64,000 nucleotides of DNA from Candidatus Omnitrophota bacterium (GTDB taxonomy: Bacteria; Omnitrophota; Gorgyraeia; Zapsychrales; Zapsychraceae): NCBI GenBank assembly GCA_050250375.1, contig JBFWOS010000002.1, positions 773,149-837,148 on the forward strand, given 5' to 3'. Within the stretch, counting starts at the first letter, position 1. Each line of letters starts with the position of its first letter. The position numbers were made by a program, and so were the translations under genes. The notes under the pieces were generated by a model that saw only the letters and a list, made by a program, of their open reading frames with translations, was not told the origin of the DNA and made no database searches. Below, one piece after another: positions 9,538-18,168 of this stretch.

Positions 9538-11766
9538 TTATTCCTTTTTTAATGAAGACAATTCATTGATAATACTTCCGGCCCAGCGATACACGTTATT
9601 TTCCTTAATGCCTTCAAGCATCCGGTGCATGCGCTGCTGTTTTTCTTCGACCGGCATTTCAATGGCCAGGTTAATCGCGTCAGCGAATTCTTCGGTCGAA
9701 TACGGGTTGACGGAAATAGCGTCGGTTAATTCCCGAGAAGCGCCGGTAAAACAGCTGAGGATCAAGACCCCGTTTAAATCGGGTTTCGCCGTGACGAATT
9801 CTTTAGCCACCAGGTTCATACCGTCATGCAGGGAACTGACCACACAGACGTCAGCTAAGGCGTAAAACGGAAAAACCTCATCAATCGAAAAATAACGCTT
9901 TAAATAAATGATCGGATTCATCGCCCCGTTAGAGTGTTTCCAGTTAATCTTTTCAACCAGTTGATCAATCTGTCCGATCAGATCGTGATAATGTTTGATC
10001 AGCGTGCGGCTGGGCGCGCCCAACTGGATAAAAACAAATTTGTCTTTGTGCTGCGGATATTTTTCCAGAAACCGGTCAATGGCGTGCATACGTTCAATGA
10101 TCCCTTTGGTGTAATCAATCCGTTCAACCCCTAAAAAGATGATCTTGTCTTCCAGGTCATAATCTTTTTTTAATTGGGCGATCACTTCCGGAGTATTTTG
10201 GAATTTGGAAGGCATGAGCGGATCCACGCTGATCGGCAAGGCCCGGACAAAGGTCTCGTGGTTCGCCCGCACAACGCTGAATTTTTCTGAATCCACCCGT
10301 GATTCCAGGACACGGTTCGCTGTTTCCAGGAAATTATTGCAATGGAACTGGACGTGAAAACCGATCAGATCGCAGTTCAGCATCCCGTCCAGGATTTCTT
10401 TCTGGTAAGGACAGATCGAGAAAACTTCCGGGTTCGGCCAGGGGATATGCCAGAAAATCGCGATCATTGCATCAGGTCTTTTTTCTTTTATATATTTCGC
10501 CAAGAGGGTGAAATGATAATCCTGGATAAAAACGTAGGGTTTTTCCCTGGGCAATTCTTCCAGGATCGAATCGGCAAATTTTTTATTTACCTTTTTATAC
10601 ATCTGCCAGTCGGATTCCCGAAAGACCGGCCGGGTGTGGGTGATGTGGCATAAGGGCCACAATCCCTCATTTGAAAAACCGTAATAATATCCCTCCTCTT
10701 CCTCTTTGGATAACCAGACGCGTTTTAAAATGTACCGATTATCTTCCGGCGGAACACCTAACTTGTCCTTGGAGTTGACAAATTTTTTATCCGCATTTCC
10801 TGAACCCTGGGCGACCCAGGTTCCCCCGCACGCGCGCAGGATCGGGTCGAGCGCAGAGACAACACCGCTGGCCGGGCGGATGCATTGGATCTCCCCGCCC
10901 ACTTTGTCAACCACGTGCATATAAGGTTCACGGTTGGAGACGATGACCAGCGCGTTTTCGCCCATTTTGGCCTGGACAAGGTTGCTGAGTTTATCCTCGG
11001 TCCAGGCGTCTTCTTTTTGAAGGCGGGTCTGGGCTTCACGGGTTACCGTTTTTCGGGCGACGCGTAATTTTAAGGCCACCTGCTCGACTTCGCTGGCGAG
11101 TTTTCCCAACGCATCCCCGGCCACAAACGGCTGGAGTTTATCCGTCTCACCTTTCTGGAAACGATGGAACCAGACGGTCATTCGCTGGATCGGAAGAAAA
11201 AATGTCTGCCGGAGGATAACGGAAACAACAAGTATGATCAGGACCGTAAATATAATCAGACTGATGCAGATCCTTTTCCAAATCTCCATCAGCCGGGCAA
11301 ACACAAAGGATGTGTCGTTGATAATTTCAACGGCCCCCAGAATTTTGTGTCCATCGGTAATAGGCAGGATATAACTGTATAGTTTGAATTCAGCGAATTG
11401 TTTTAATGTTCCGCGGGACGTGTTGGACAGCAAAATTTCCCTGATGTAGGGAGTTTCGTTCTGGCGCCAATCAGCCAGCCATTGTGTGACCGCAAAGACT
11501 TCGCCTTCACTATTATAAATAATACATCCCTGCCGGCGTTCGCGATTCTGGAATTTCTCAACGAGATAGCGGGCGTCTGTATCATTGCGTGTCAGAAGGA
11601 TATTTTTGACGGATAGTTCCATTCCCTCCGCAACGGCCCTGGACTTCCGGTTTAGATCATCCAGCAACCGCTCTTCTTCGAACCTGACCTGGAAGAATCC
11701 GTAAGCGGAAAAAACAACCGTTGTGACAACTAAGATGGGGAAAATGAATAAAAAGAATTTTTTCAT
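9538..11766 (-). CDS. otsA: Trehalose-6-phosphate synthase (GT20) with an N-terminal two-TM periplasmic-sensor plus HAMP-like extension
   Basis: The first ~260 aa read TM1 (FLFIFPILVVTTVVFSAYGFF), a ~140-aa extracytoplasmic segment, TM2 (ISLIIFTVLIILVVSVIL), then a HAMP-like linker (...QPFVAGDALGKLASEVEQVALKL...). The C-terminal ~480 aa match OtsA (LVIVSNREPY..., IQDYHFTLLAKYI..., IFWHIPWPNPEVF..., DLIGFHVQFHCNNFL). The ORF is continuous over 742 aa. Confidence 0.8.
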   Translation of the reverse strand: MKKFFLFIFPILVVTTVVFSAYGFFQVRFEEERLLDDLNRKSRAVAEGMELSVKNILLTRNDTDARYLVEKFQNRERRQGCIIYNSEGEVFAVTQWLADWRQNETPYIREILLSNTSRGTLKQFAEFKLYSYILPITDGHKILGAVEIINDTSFVFARLMEIWKRICISLIIFTVLIILVVSVILRQTFFLPIQRMTVWFHRFQKGETDKLQPFVAGDALGKLASEVEQVALKLRVARKTVTREAQTRLQKEDAWTEDKLSNLVQAKMGENALVIVSNREPYMHVVDKVGGEIQCIRPASGVVSALDPILRACGGTWVAQGSGNADKKFVNSKDKLGVPPEDNRYILKRVWLSKEEEEGYYYGFSNEGLWPLCHITHTRPVFRESDWQMYKKVNKKFADSILEELPREKPYVFIQDYHFTLLAKYIKEKRPDAMIAIFWHIPWPNPEVFSICPYQKEILDGMLNCDLIGFHVQFHCNNFLETANRVLESRVDSEKFSVVRANHETFVRALPISVDPLMPSKFQNTPEVIAQLKKDYDLEDKIIFLGVERIDYTKGIIERMHAIDRFLEKYPQHKDKFVFIQLGAPSRTLIKHYHDLIGQIDQLVEKINWKHSNGAMNPIIYLKRYFSIDEVFPFYALADVCVVSSLHDGMNLVAKEFVTAKPDLNGVLILSCFTGASRELTDAISVNPYSTEEFADAINLAIEMPVEEKQQRMHRMLEGIKENNVYRWAGSIINELSSLKKE

Positions 11767-11876
11767 TTTGACTGCACTTTTTTTTGTTTTGAATATTAAG
11801 TTACGCGAAACTGTCAGCCCGGTTCTTCGGATGCGTATGGAGATTGATTAGACAGGCAGCGCCTTTTTAAAAGGCG

Positions 11877-12470
11877 TCAACCGCAGACAATACTTTTTTT
11901 ATAAAGGCCAAACATCTCTCCTAAACGGTTTTTCCCCAGGGGATACTTATAGTCGCTCAGACTCCAGATCGTGACCAGGGACTGGATCATGCCCAGAAAA
12001 GCGATGCTCGCGCAGTCAAGATTGATGCTGTTTCGTATTCCACCCGTTTTGATGCCTTCCTTCAAGATCAGTTTGATCATTTTTAAATATTTTGTCAGGA
12101 CCGCAAACATTTTTTTTTGAAGGATTTTGTCTTTTACACTGAGGGTTTTATTGATGACAATAAAAGACACCCCTTTTCGTTGTTCGGCGTATGAAAGATG
12201 GGACAAAAAAATATCTTCCAGTTTTTGCAAGGGTTCTTTTGAGCAGGATGCCGTTTTGTCGATGGAGGACAACAGGGTTGTTTCGATGTCATCAATCAGG
12301 AGGCTGAGAATTTCCGTTTTGCTTTTGAAATGCCGGTACAGGGCCCCATCGGTGATTTTCAGGTCTTTGGCGATTTCCCTGACGGTCAGATGTTCCATGC
12401 CTTTTTCAATAATAATCCGGCGCGCGCTGTCTACAATGGCCTGCTGCCGGACTGTCTTTTCTTCCCCCAC
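11877..12470 (-). CDS. TetR-family transcriptional regulator
   Basis: The N-terminal HTH reads HLTVREIAKDLKITDGALYRHFKSKTEIL. It uses a GTG start with GGAGG upstream. It lies immediately upstream of the otsA operon. Confidence 0.85.
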   Translation of the reverse strand: MGEEKTVRQQAIVDSARRIIIEKGMEHLTVREIAKDLKITDGALYRHFKSKTEILSLLIDDIETTLLSSIDKTASCSKEPLQKLEDIFLSHLSYAEQRKGVSFIVINKTLSVKDKILQKKMFAVLTKYLKMIKLILKEGIKTGGIRNSINLDCASIAFLGMIQSLVTIWSLSDYKYPLGKNRLGEMFGLYKKSIVCG

Positions 12471-12497
12471 AACTCAAACCTCCATAAAGATTAAAAA

Positions 12498-12513
12498 GTA
12501 AGCAATTGCTTAC
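12498..12513. promoter_or_regulatory. Perfect 16-bp palindrome GTAAGCAATTGCTTAC, a candidate TetR operator
   Basis: Read directly from the sequence. It sits 28 bp upstream of the TetR start and 100 bp downstream of the NhaP stop. TetR regulators typically bind palindromes overlapping their own promoter. Confidence 0.4.
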
Positions 12514-12614
12514 TAACGATTATAAGGGGGATGCCGGATTTGTCAAACCTTTTTAACGTTTGCCGGAAATGAATTTATGGAATTCGTCAGTACAGCGGGG
12601 AAATCGGGCCCAGT

Positions 12615-14393
12615 TTACGTCACAAGGAAAATGACTTTATGCCCTTTTTTAACGTGCAGTTTTTCGTCCATGGTATAAATCTTGAGTTCCTTTTTTTCGC
12701 TAATGGTAAAAAGAACGATGGCATCCTTTCCGTATTTAGCAAAAAACGTGCTTTCATTGAGGTCTTCCGGCGCGGTGATGGTCCTGAGCACATCGCTGCG
12801 GTTGAAACGTTCAGCCAGCTTATCGTAACTGGACTCTTTGTTAAAAAGATATCGTCCTCTTAATGACGGCGGAATGATGAGCGCCTGTGTCTGATTTTTT
12901 TGTCCTGGGAAAAGCTGGTACACTTCCGACCGCCCGAAGATGTCCCGAAAATGAAGGACGGCCAGTGAATTCGCTTCGTCATTGGCCGTCAGGGTGATCA
13001 GCCGGCCGATCCCGTCAAAGTCAATCGTCTCTTCGATATCCTGGTTCAATATATTGTCTTCATAACCCTGCAGGCCTTCCTCATGAACCAGGGCGACATT
13101 GATGGCATTGGTATCAATTAAGACGACCTTGATCCCTTCGTCATTTAAATATTTGGCGATGAGACGGGCCCACCGGTGAGCGCCGAGAATAAGAACCCCT
13201 TGAGGATTGTCGCGCGCCAGTCCCAGTTTTTTCGCCACCCAGGAAGAGGTCATCCCGTAGATGACAACGGTGGCAATAATGACCAGGAATGTGATCGGTA
13301 CAAGTTGTTCGGCCTGTTCAACGCCTTTCAGGGACAACTCAAACGCGAAGATGGAAACGATGGCGGCGGCCACGATCCCTCTGGGGGCCATCCAGGAAAT
13401 AAACAATTTCTCACGAAACGTAAGTTCGCTGCGGGCCATTGAAATGAATACCGACAGCGGCCGGGCGATAAAAACCAGGACAAACAGGAAGACAAAAAAT
13501 TCCCAATTAAGGATATTGAGTTCATTTAAATTTAACCGCGCTGCCAGGATAATAAACAGCGTTGAAATGATCAGGATACCCAGATTCTCCTTAAAACTGA
13601 CGATATGCTGAACTTCCACCTTGCGCTGATTTCCTAAAACGATCCCCATGCTGATGACGGCAAACAGGCCGCTTTCATGATGGAAGAGATTCGAAAGGAT
13701 AAAAACAGTCACGACCAGCATCAGGGTCACCGTGCCGTGCAGATAATCCGGGATCCAGTATTTGCGTAATAACAGCAGCAAAAACCAGGCCCCGACCGCT
13801 CCGGTCACTGATCCGATGAGAATACTTTTCAGGAAAAACAAAAGCGCGTTAATGCTTAACGCCTGGCCGAGAATGATGTACTCGAATACAAGCACTGCCA
13901 GGGCGGCGCCGATGGGATCAATCACGATCCCTTCCCATTTGAGGATGCTGCCGGCTTTGCCCGACGGACGGACATGCCTTAAGAGTGGAATGATGACTGT
14001 TGGCCCGGTGACCACCAGGATCGCGCCCAGGAGAAAAGAAATATTAAAATTCAGGCCCAGGATGTAACGTGCGGACAGCGTGATGATAATCCAGTTCACA
14101 AAGGCGCCGATGCTGACCAGGTTAAACACTTCTTTCCCGATTTTCTTTAACTCATACAAACGCAGCCCCAGGCCGCCTTCAAATAATATAATAGCAACGG
14201 AAATGGACACCAGAGGAAGCAATAACGGCCCCAGGACTTCATCCGGCCGGATGAGTTGTGTCACGGGTCCTACCAGAAAACCCAATCCCAGCAGGAGAAC
14301 AATCGAAGGCCATTTGAATCGCCAGGCCAGCCATTGGGCGCCAATCCCGACCACAAAAATACTGGCAATTCCTATAAGTAAATATTGATCCAT
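12615..14393 (-). CDS. NhaP-type (CPA1) Na+/H+ antiporter with a C-terminal RCK/TrkA_N-like regulatory domain
   Basis: 12-13 TM helices. MDQYLLIGIASIFVVGIGAQWLAWRFKWPSIVLLLGLGFLVGP is typical of NhaP. The C-terminal VLILGAHRWARLIAKYLNDEGIKVVLIDTN resembles an RCK nucleotide-binding domain. Confidence 0.8.
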   Translation of the reverse strand: MDQYLLIGIASIFVVGIGAQWLAWRFKWPSIVLLLGLGFLVGPVTQLIRPDEVLGPLLLPLVSISVAIILFEGGLGLRLYELKKIGKEVFNLVSIGAFVNWIIITLSARYILGLNFNISFLLGAILVVTGPTVIIPLLRHVRPSGKAGSILKWEGIVIDPIGAALAVLVFEYIILGQALSINALLFFLKSILIGSVTGAVGAWFLLLLLRKYWIPDYLHGTVTLMLVVTVFILSNLFHHESGLFAVISMGIVLGNQRKVEVQHIVSFKENLGILIISTLFIILAARLNLNELNILNWEFFVFLFVLVFIARPLSVFISMARSELTFREKLFISWMAPRGIVAAAIVSIFAFELSLKGVEQAEQLVPITFLVIIATVVIYGMTSSWVAKKLGLARDNPQGVLILGAHRWARLIAKYLNDEGIKVVLIDTNAINVALVHEEGLQGYEDNILNQDIEETIDFDGIGRLITLTANDEANSLAVLHFRDIFGRSEVYQLFPGQKNQTQALIIPPSLRGRYLFNKESSYDKLAERFNRSDVLRTITAPEDLNESTFFAKYGKDAIVLFTISEKKELKIYTMDEKLHVKKGHKVIFLVT

Positions 14394-14623
14394 ACCAAAA
14401 GTCCGGTTAATTGATAGTTTAACGTCAATTATTTCAAGAAGTTTTGAAAATTTAAGGGTTTCTTAAATATTCGAATGGATTATACATTTATTGCAGACAT
14501 AAAGCAAGAATCGTGTGGTTTTCTGTGCGCATGGTCCTGAAACAAAAAGTTTAAAATACACGGCTGGAAGGCAGCATATATATAGAGAAGGTCAGGAACC
14601 CAGCCGTCGAAATAGTCCCGGTA

Positions 14624-15007
14624 TTAAGAGTTAAACAGTGATTCCTGGAATTTGGCGTTTTCGTAACTTTTGTCGTAGTTGGCCGCCAACGGAGATACCT
14701 GCCGGATATCCTGGGTACGGAAAAAAGACGACCCTTCCAGGCCGACCAGATCCAGGTTATGTCCGTAAATATAGAATTTCAGGTAGGTTTTATTGGTCAG
14801 TTCCTCTTCTTCTTCACAGATCCAGTGGACCTTTTCCAGCTTAAAAAAATAACCTGTGTAGGTATTTTCCAGGATTTGTTCAAAAACCGTCTGACTGATT
14901 TGCCCGCGGATAGCGGACAGTTCATCTTTATTTTTTTCAAGGGCGATTTCCACCCATTGTTTCGCTGAATTTTCCATTTTAATACCCCCGTTTAATTCCA
15001 GGGCCAC
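14624..15007 (-). CDS. Hypothetical protein
   Basis: 127-aa ORF with no recognisable domain. The start is ambiguous (M1 or M11). Confidence 0.3.
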   Translation of the reverse strand: MALELNGGIKMENSAKQWVEIALEKNKDELSAIRGQISQTVFEQILENTYTGYFFKLEKVHWICEEEEELTNKTYLKFYIYGHNLDLVGLEGSSFFRTQDIRQVSPLAANYDKSYENAKFQESLFNS

Positions 15008-15085
15008 AGGCCCTGAGATTCCTTTAATGAGCGTGTATTATAAATGATTTGCCGGAAGGATGCAAGCGGCGGTTCGGATCCAGAT

Positions 15086-15613
15086 TTATTTTTCCAGGAC
15101 GATTTTCAACGTGTTTAATCCTTCTTCAAAATCTGAACCGAGCTTTTCCTGCATCTTCATCAGCGCGCAAATGATATTTCCGGGGAACGGTGTCTTGCCG
15201 GTCATGCCCCAGATGACTTTCGTCTGGTTGTTTCCGGTCGATTCAGTGATCAAATAAGCCCGGCTGGTATCTTCCATCGGTTCTTTGAAGCGCAACTCGG
15301 TTTCAATCTTTTCCCCTTCCGCGATGAAGGTGATTTCCTGTTCCCCGATGCCGACCTCCTTATTGCCTGACCAGGCGGAAACAAAGCCGACAGTCCCGTC
15401 TTTTCCGCGGAATTCTTTGCGCATATTCGGGTCTTTCTTTTCCCACGGGCTCCACTGGTTGTGATTTTTAAACATTTTTAACTGATCAAACACAAAATCT
15501 TTGGGTTTGTTGATGACAATCTCCCGTTCTACCCGAAAATCCTGTGGGAGTATGTTCCCGATGACGAGAATGGCACCGATTAAAACCGTTAGAATCAGCA
15601 GTATCTTTTTCAT
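15086..15613 (-). CDS. SRPBCC (AHSA1/polyketide-cyclase-like) family protein with an N-terminal membrane anchor or signal
   Basis: The N-terminus MKKILLILTVLIGAILVIG is hydrophobic. The rest is ~150 aa with the mixed alpha/beta pattern seen in SRPBCC proteins. The family assignment is tentative. Confidence 0.45.
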   Translation of the reverse strand: MKKILLILTVLIGAILVIGNILPQDFRVEREIVINKPKDFVFDQLKMFKNHNQWSPWEKKDPNMRKEFRGKDGTVGFVSAWSGNKEVGIGEQEITFIAEGEKIETELRFKEPMEDTSRAYLITESTGNNQTKVIWGMTGKTPFPGNIICALMKMQEKLGSDFEEGLNTLKIVLEK

Positions 15614-15629
15614 GAATTGTTTTCCTTTT

Positions 15630-16148
15630 TTAAGTCTTTTTTAATCCAGTGGACTGCAGCATCAACCCTACGGCAAACAGTCCTGTAAACAGGATAATTT
15701 CTGTTTCAGGGTTAAGCATAAATGAACGCACGATCATTCCGGCCCCCAATAAGGATGATAGAATGACAAGCGTCCAGTCAAAGAATAAGCCTCCGGCCGC
15801 TGCGCCGATGCACGCGCCCAGCAGGCTCCAGAGAACCCATCCCGAGGTCCAGTCCAGAACCCGTGTAAAGACGTCAATGGCGATAAGCCCGCCGGTTAAA
15901 AATCCGGCGACAACAACGGCCAACCGCTGCATGACAACCGCAAAGAATACGCCGGTCAATCCTGCCAGGGCTCCCCAGAAAACCAGGAGCAGCGGATCGG
16001 AACCGGCCAGCATGGACGCCGCGAGATTGTATCCGGACAAAAAACCCGCGACACCAACGAACAGCCAGAACAAATTCCGTCCGGATATGATCAGGAGACC
16101 CCCGACTACGATCGAAATCAGGGTAGATTCAAACATCGTATTGATCAT
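15630..16148 (-). CDS. Small integral membrane protein (4-5 TM)
   Basis: The ATG at 16148 gives MINTMFESTLISIVVGGLLI... The ORF track starts it at 16346, overlapping the divergent plus-strand gene, which seems unlikely. It is Gly/Ala/Leu-rich with 4-5 TM helices. Confidence 0.5.
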   Translation of the reverse strand: MINTMFESTLISIVVGGLLIISGRNLFWLFVGVAGFLSGYNLAASMLAGSDPLLLVFWGALAGLTGVFFAVVMQRLAVVVAGFLTGGLIAIDVFTRVLDWTSGWVLWSLLGACIGAAAGGLFFDWTLVILSSLLGAGMIVRSFMLNPETEIILFTGLFAVGLMLQSTGLKKT

Positions 16149-16318
16149 CGCTCTACCGCCCGTTTTGAAGATTCGCCGAACATTAGGGCTATTATAATTC
16201 GTAATTCGGGAAAATTCACCACCTTTATTTATTTGCTTGAGTCCGTAAACGACAGCGGGTAAAATAAAATCCGTTCGAGTGTTCGGGCCTTCCTTAATCC
16301 TTTTGAAAGGACAAGACC

Positions 16319-17176
16319 ATGATAAAAAGATTAATCTCCGTTCCATTTGTGTTTCTTTTTTTCAACGCCCCGTTTGTATCCGCGCAGGAATTGACCATGA
16401 AAACCCTGGTGGTCTCACAAACTCCTTTTATCGTTGAAGAAAAATTTTTTGAAAACGGCGAACAGGCCGCCAGCCTCAAAATTAAACTCAGCTCGGACGC
16501 GGGCGGCCAGAAAATCCCGGTCAGGGATATCATCGAATCCAACGGCACTATCCCGGACGGTGTCTTTAAAGAATATGACGCGGACGGTCAGCTGCAATTC
16601 GCTAAGGCGTATCTGAATGGGTTAAAAGACGGTCCTTCCATAGAATATTACAATGACGGGATCATTAAACGCGAAGTGAATTATGTGGCTGAGAAAAAAC
16701 AGGGCGAAATGAGAGAATATTACCCGGACGGCAGCCTGGAGGCGGTGAGGCAATATGTGGATAATGAACACGAAGGCGTTGTTTTCAAATATTCACCCGA
16801 CGGACTTCTGGAAAGCGAGCTGACCTATGAACGCGGGGCAACCGCCTGGTGGAAAACCAAGACCTATGAGTATCATTCGAACGGCACGATTAAAACCGAA
16901 TATTTATACGACGAACAGGCCCGGGAAGGTTACCGTAAAAATTTTCATGAGAACGGGGCCTTATGGAAAAGTTTTGATCTTAAAGGCAGCCAGTTGTGGA
17001 ATTACCAGGAATACGATGACCAGGGCGGGCTGATTTCCCGCCAGGAAGGCCCCTTCAACGGCAAGATCCCGACGTATTATGTGTCCGGGCAGGTTATGCA
17101 GGATGATATTTATGTGGACGGCGTCATTACCGGTTTTAAGATGTATGACCTAGAAGGGAACGTCATCCTGGAATAA
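16319..17176 (+). CDS. Secreted MORN-variant (YwqK-like) repeat protein
   Basis: This is the only convincing plus-strand gene. Signal peptide MIKRLISVPFVFLFFNAPFVSAQE with AAAGGA upstream. It carries tandem ~23-aa repeats such as YYNDGIIKREVNYVAEKKQGEMREYYPDGSLEAVRQYVDNEHEGVVFKYSPDG. Confidence 0.7.
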   Translation: MIKRLISVPFVFLFFNAPFVSAQELTMKTLVVSQTPFIVEEKFFENGEQAASLKIKLSSDAGGQKIPVRDIIESNGTIPDGVFKEYDADGQLQFAKAYLNGLKDGPSIEYYNDGIIKREVNYVAEKKQGEMREYYPDGSLEAVRQYVDNEHEGVVFKYSPDGLLESELTYERGATAWWKTKTYEYHSNGTIKTEYLYDEQAREGYRKNFHENGALWKSFDLKGSQLWNYQEYDDQGGLISRQEGPFNGKIPTYYVSGQVMQDDIYVDGVITGFKMYDLEGNVILE

Positions 17177-17196
17177 CAAAATGACCGGCCTTCTTT

Positions 17197-17853
17197 TCAG
17201 TTCTTTTTTTGCATAACGGCTTCGAGAAATCCCGTGTAAGTCTCCGGGAATACCGTCCGGTAAAATTTCTGCTCCTGCAGGTTTGTCCGCCAGGCCATAA
17301 GGTTCGGAAAGACCCCCAGGTCAAATCCGGTGCTTTCACAGGGATCCAGGATGGCGAGCAGGTTTAAATCCGCCAGCGTCAATTCATCCCCGCAGATGTA
17401 TGCTCCCTTTTCCAGCTGGGCTTCAATGATTTTAAGAAAATTGCCCAGCAGCTGCCGGCCTTCTCTCAGCAGCGTTTCATTCTTTTCCACCTGCACGAGT
17501 TTATAAACGACCGTGTTGAAAAATACCTTCGACATAGCCATGGCGCTGATGTGGATGGATTCGAAATCCAGCCACTGACTGACCAATGACCTTTTTTTCA
17601 GGTCTGCGGGGTACAACGGTGAATTTATTTTCTCCGCGAGATAACGCATGATCGAATTGCTTTCAAAGATCGTAAAATCACCGTCCACCAGGGCCGGAAT
17701 GCGCCCGACAGGATTAATCTGGAGGAATGGTTCCTGCCGTTGTTCTCCTTTCGACAAATCGACCGCCTGGAATTCATACGCGATGCCCATGGCGTTCGCC
17801 GCAAAACGCACCTTGTTGCTGTTGGGTGAAAAATTATTCCCCAGAAGTTTCAT
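17197..17853 (-). CDS. Glutathione S-transferase
   Basis: The N-terminal thioredoxin-like GST motif reads INPVGRIPALVDGDFTIFESNSIMRYLAEK, followed by a helical C-terminal domain. Confidence 0.75.
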   Translation of the reverse strand: MKLLGNNFSPNSNKVRFAANAMGIAYEFQAVDLSKGEQRQEPFLQINPVGRIPALVDGDFTIFESNSIMRYLAEKINSPLYPADLKKRSLVSQWLDFESIHISAMAMSKVFFNTVVYKLVQVEKNETLLREGRQLLGNFLKIIEAQLEKGAYICGDELTLADLNLLAILDPCESTGFDLGVFPNLMAWRTNLQEQKFYRTVFPETYTGFLEAVMQKKN

Positions 17854-17865
17854 GGCTTCCTCCCA

Positions 17866-18135
17866 TTATTTATACGGGGTGACGCGCGGGTCACCTTTAA
17901 ACTGCAGGATTGAATATATTTTGGACGGATTGATGCACACGGTCGGGATCAGACTTTTATCCCATTCACTCCACGGTTTGATTTCTTCCTTGTCCCAATA
18001 AAGCAAATCGGTCAGGCAGACATATTCCCCGCGGGACGCCTTGCGGGTGAGCATGTCGAGCGTGTCGTTCGACGCGCCCACGTACGTGTAAATTTTATCA
18101 CTGCCGTCATCGGTTGTAATCTTGAACCAGTTCAT
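17866..18135 (-). CDS. Hypothetical small protein
   Basis: 89-aa ORF that packs tightly between neighbouring genes, with no recognisable domain. Confidence 0.3.
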   Translation of the reverse strand: MNWFKITTDDGSDKIYTYVGASNDTLDMLTRKASRGEYVCLTDLLYWDKEEIKPWSEWDKSLIPTVCINPSKIYSILQFKGDPRVTPYK

Positions 18136-18168
18136 GTTGAAGTCTCCTTGAATGCTGAACGAAACAAG

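Noticed and set aside
15649-16197. Plus-strand 182-aa Pro/Ala-rich ORF
   Set aside because: It is antisense to the Gly/Ala-rich membrane protein 15630..16148, a typical mirror artefact.
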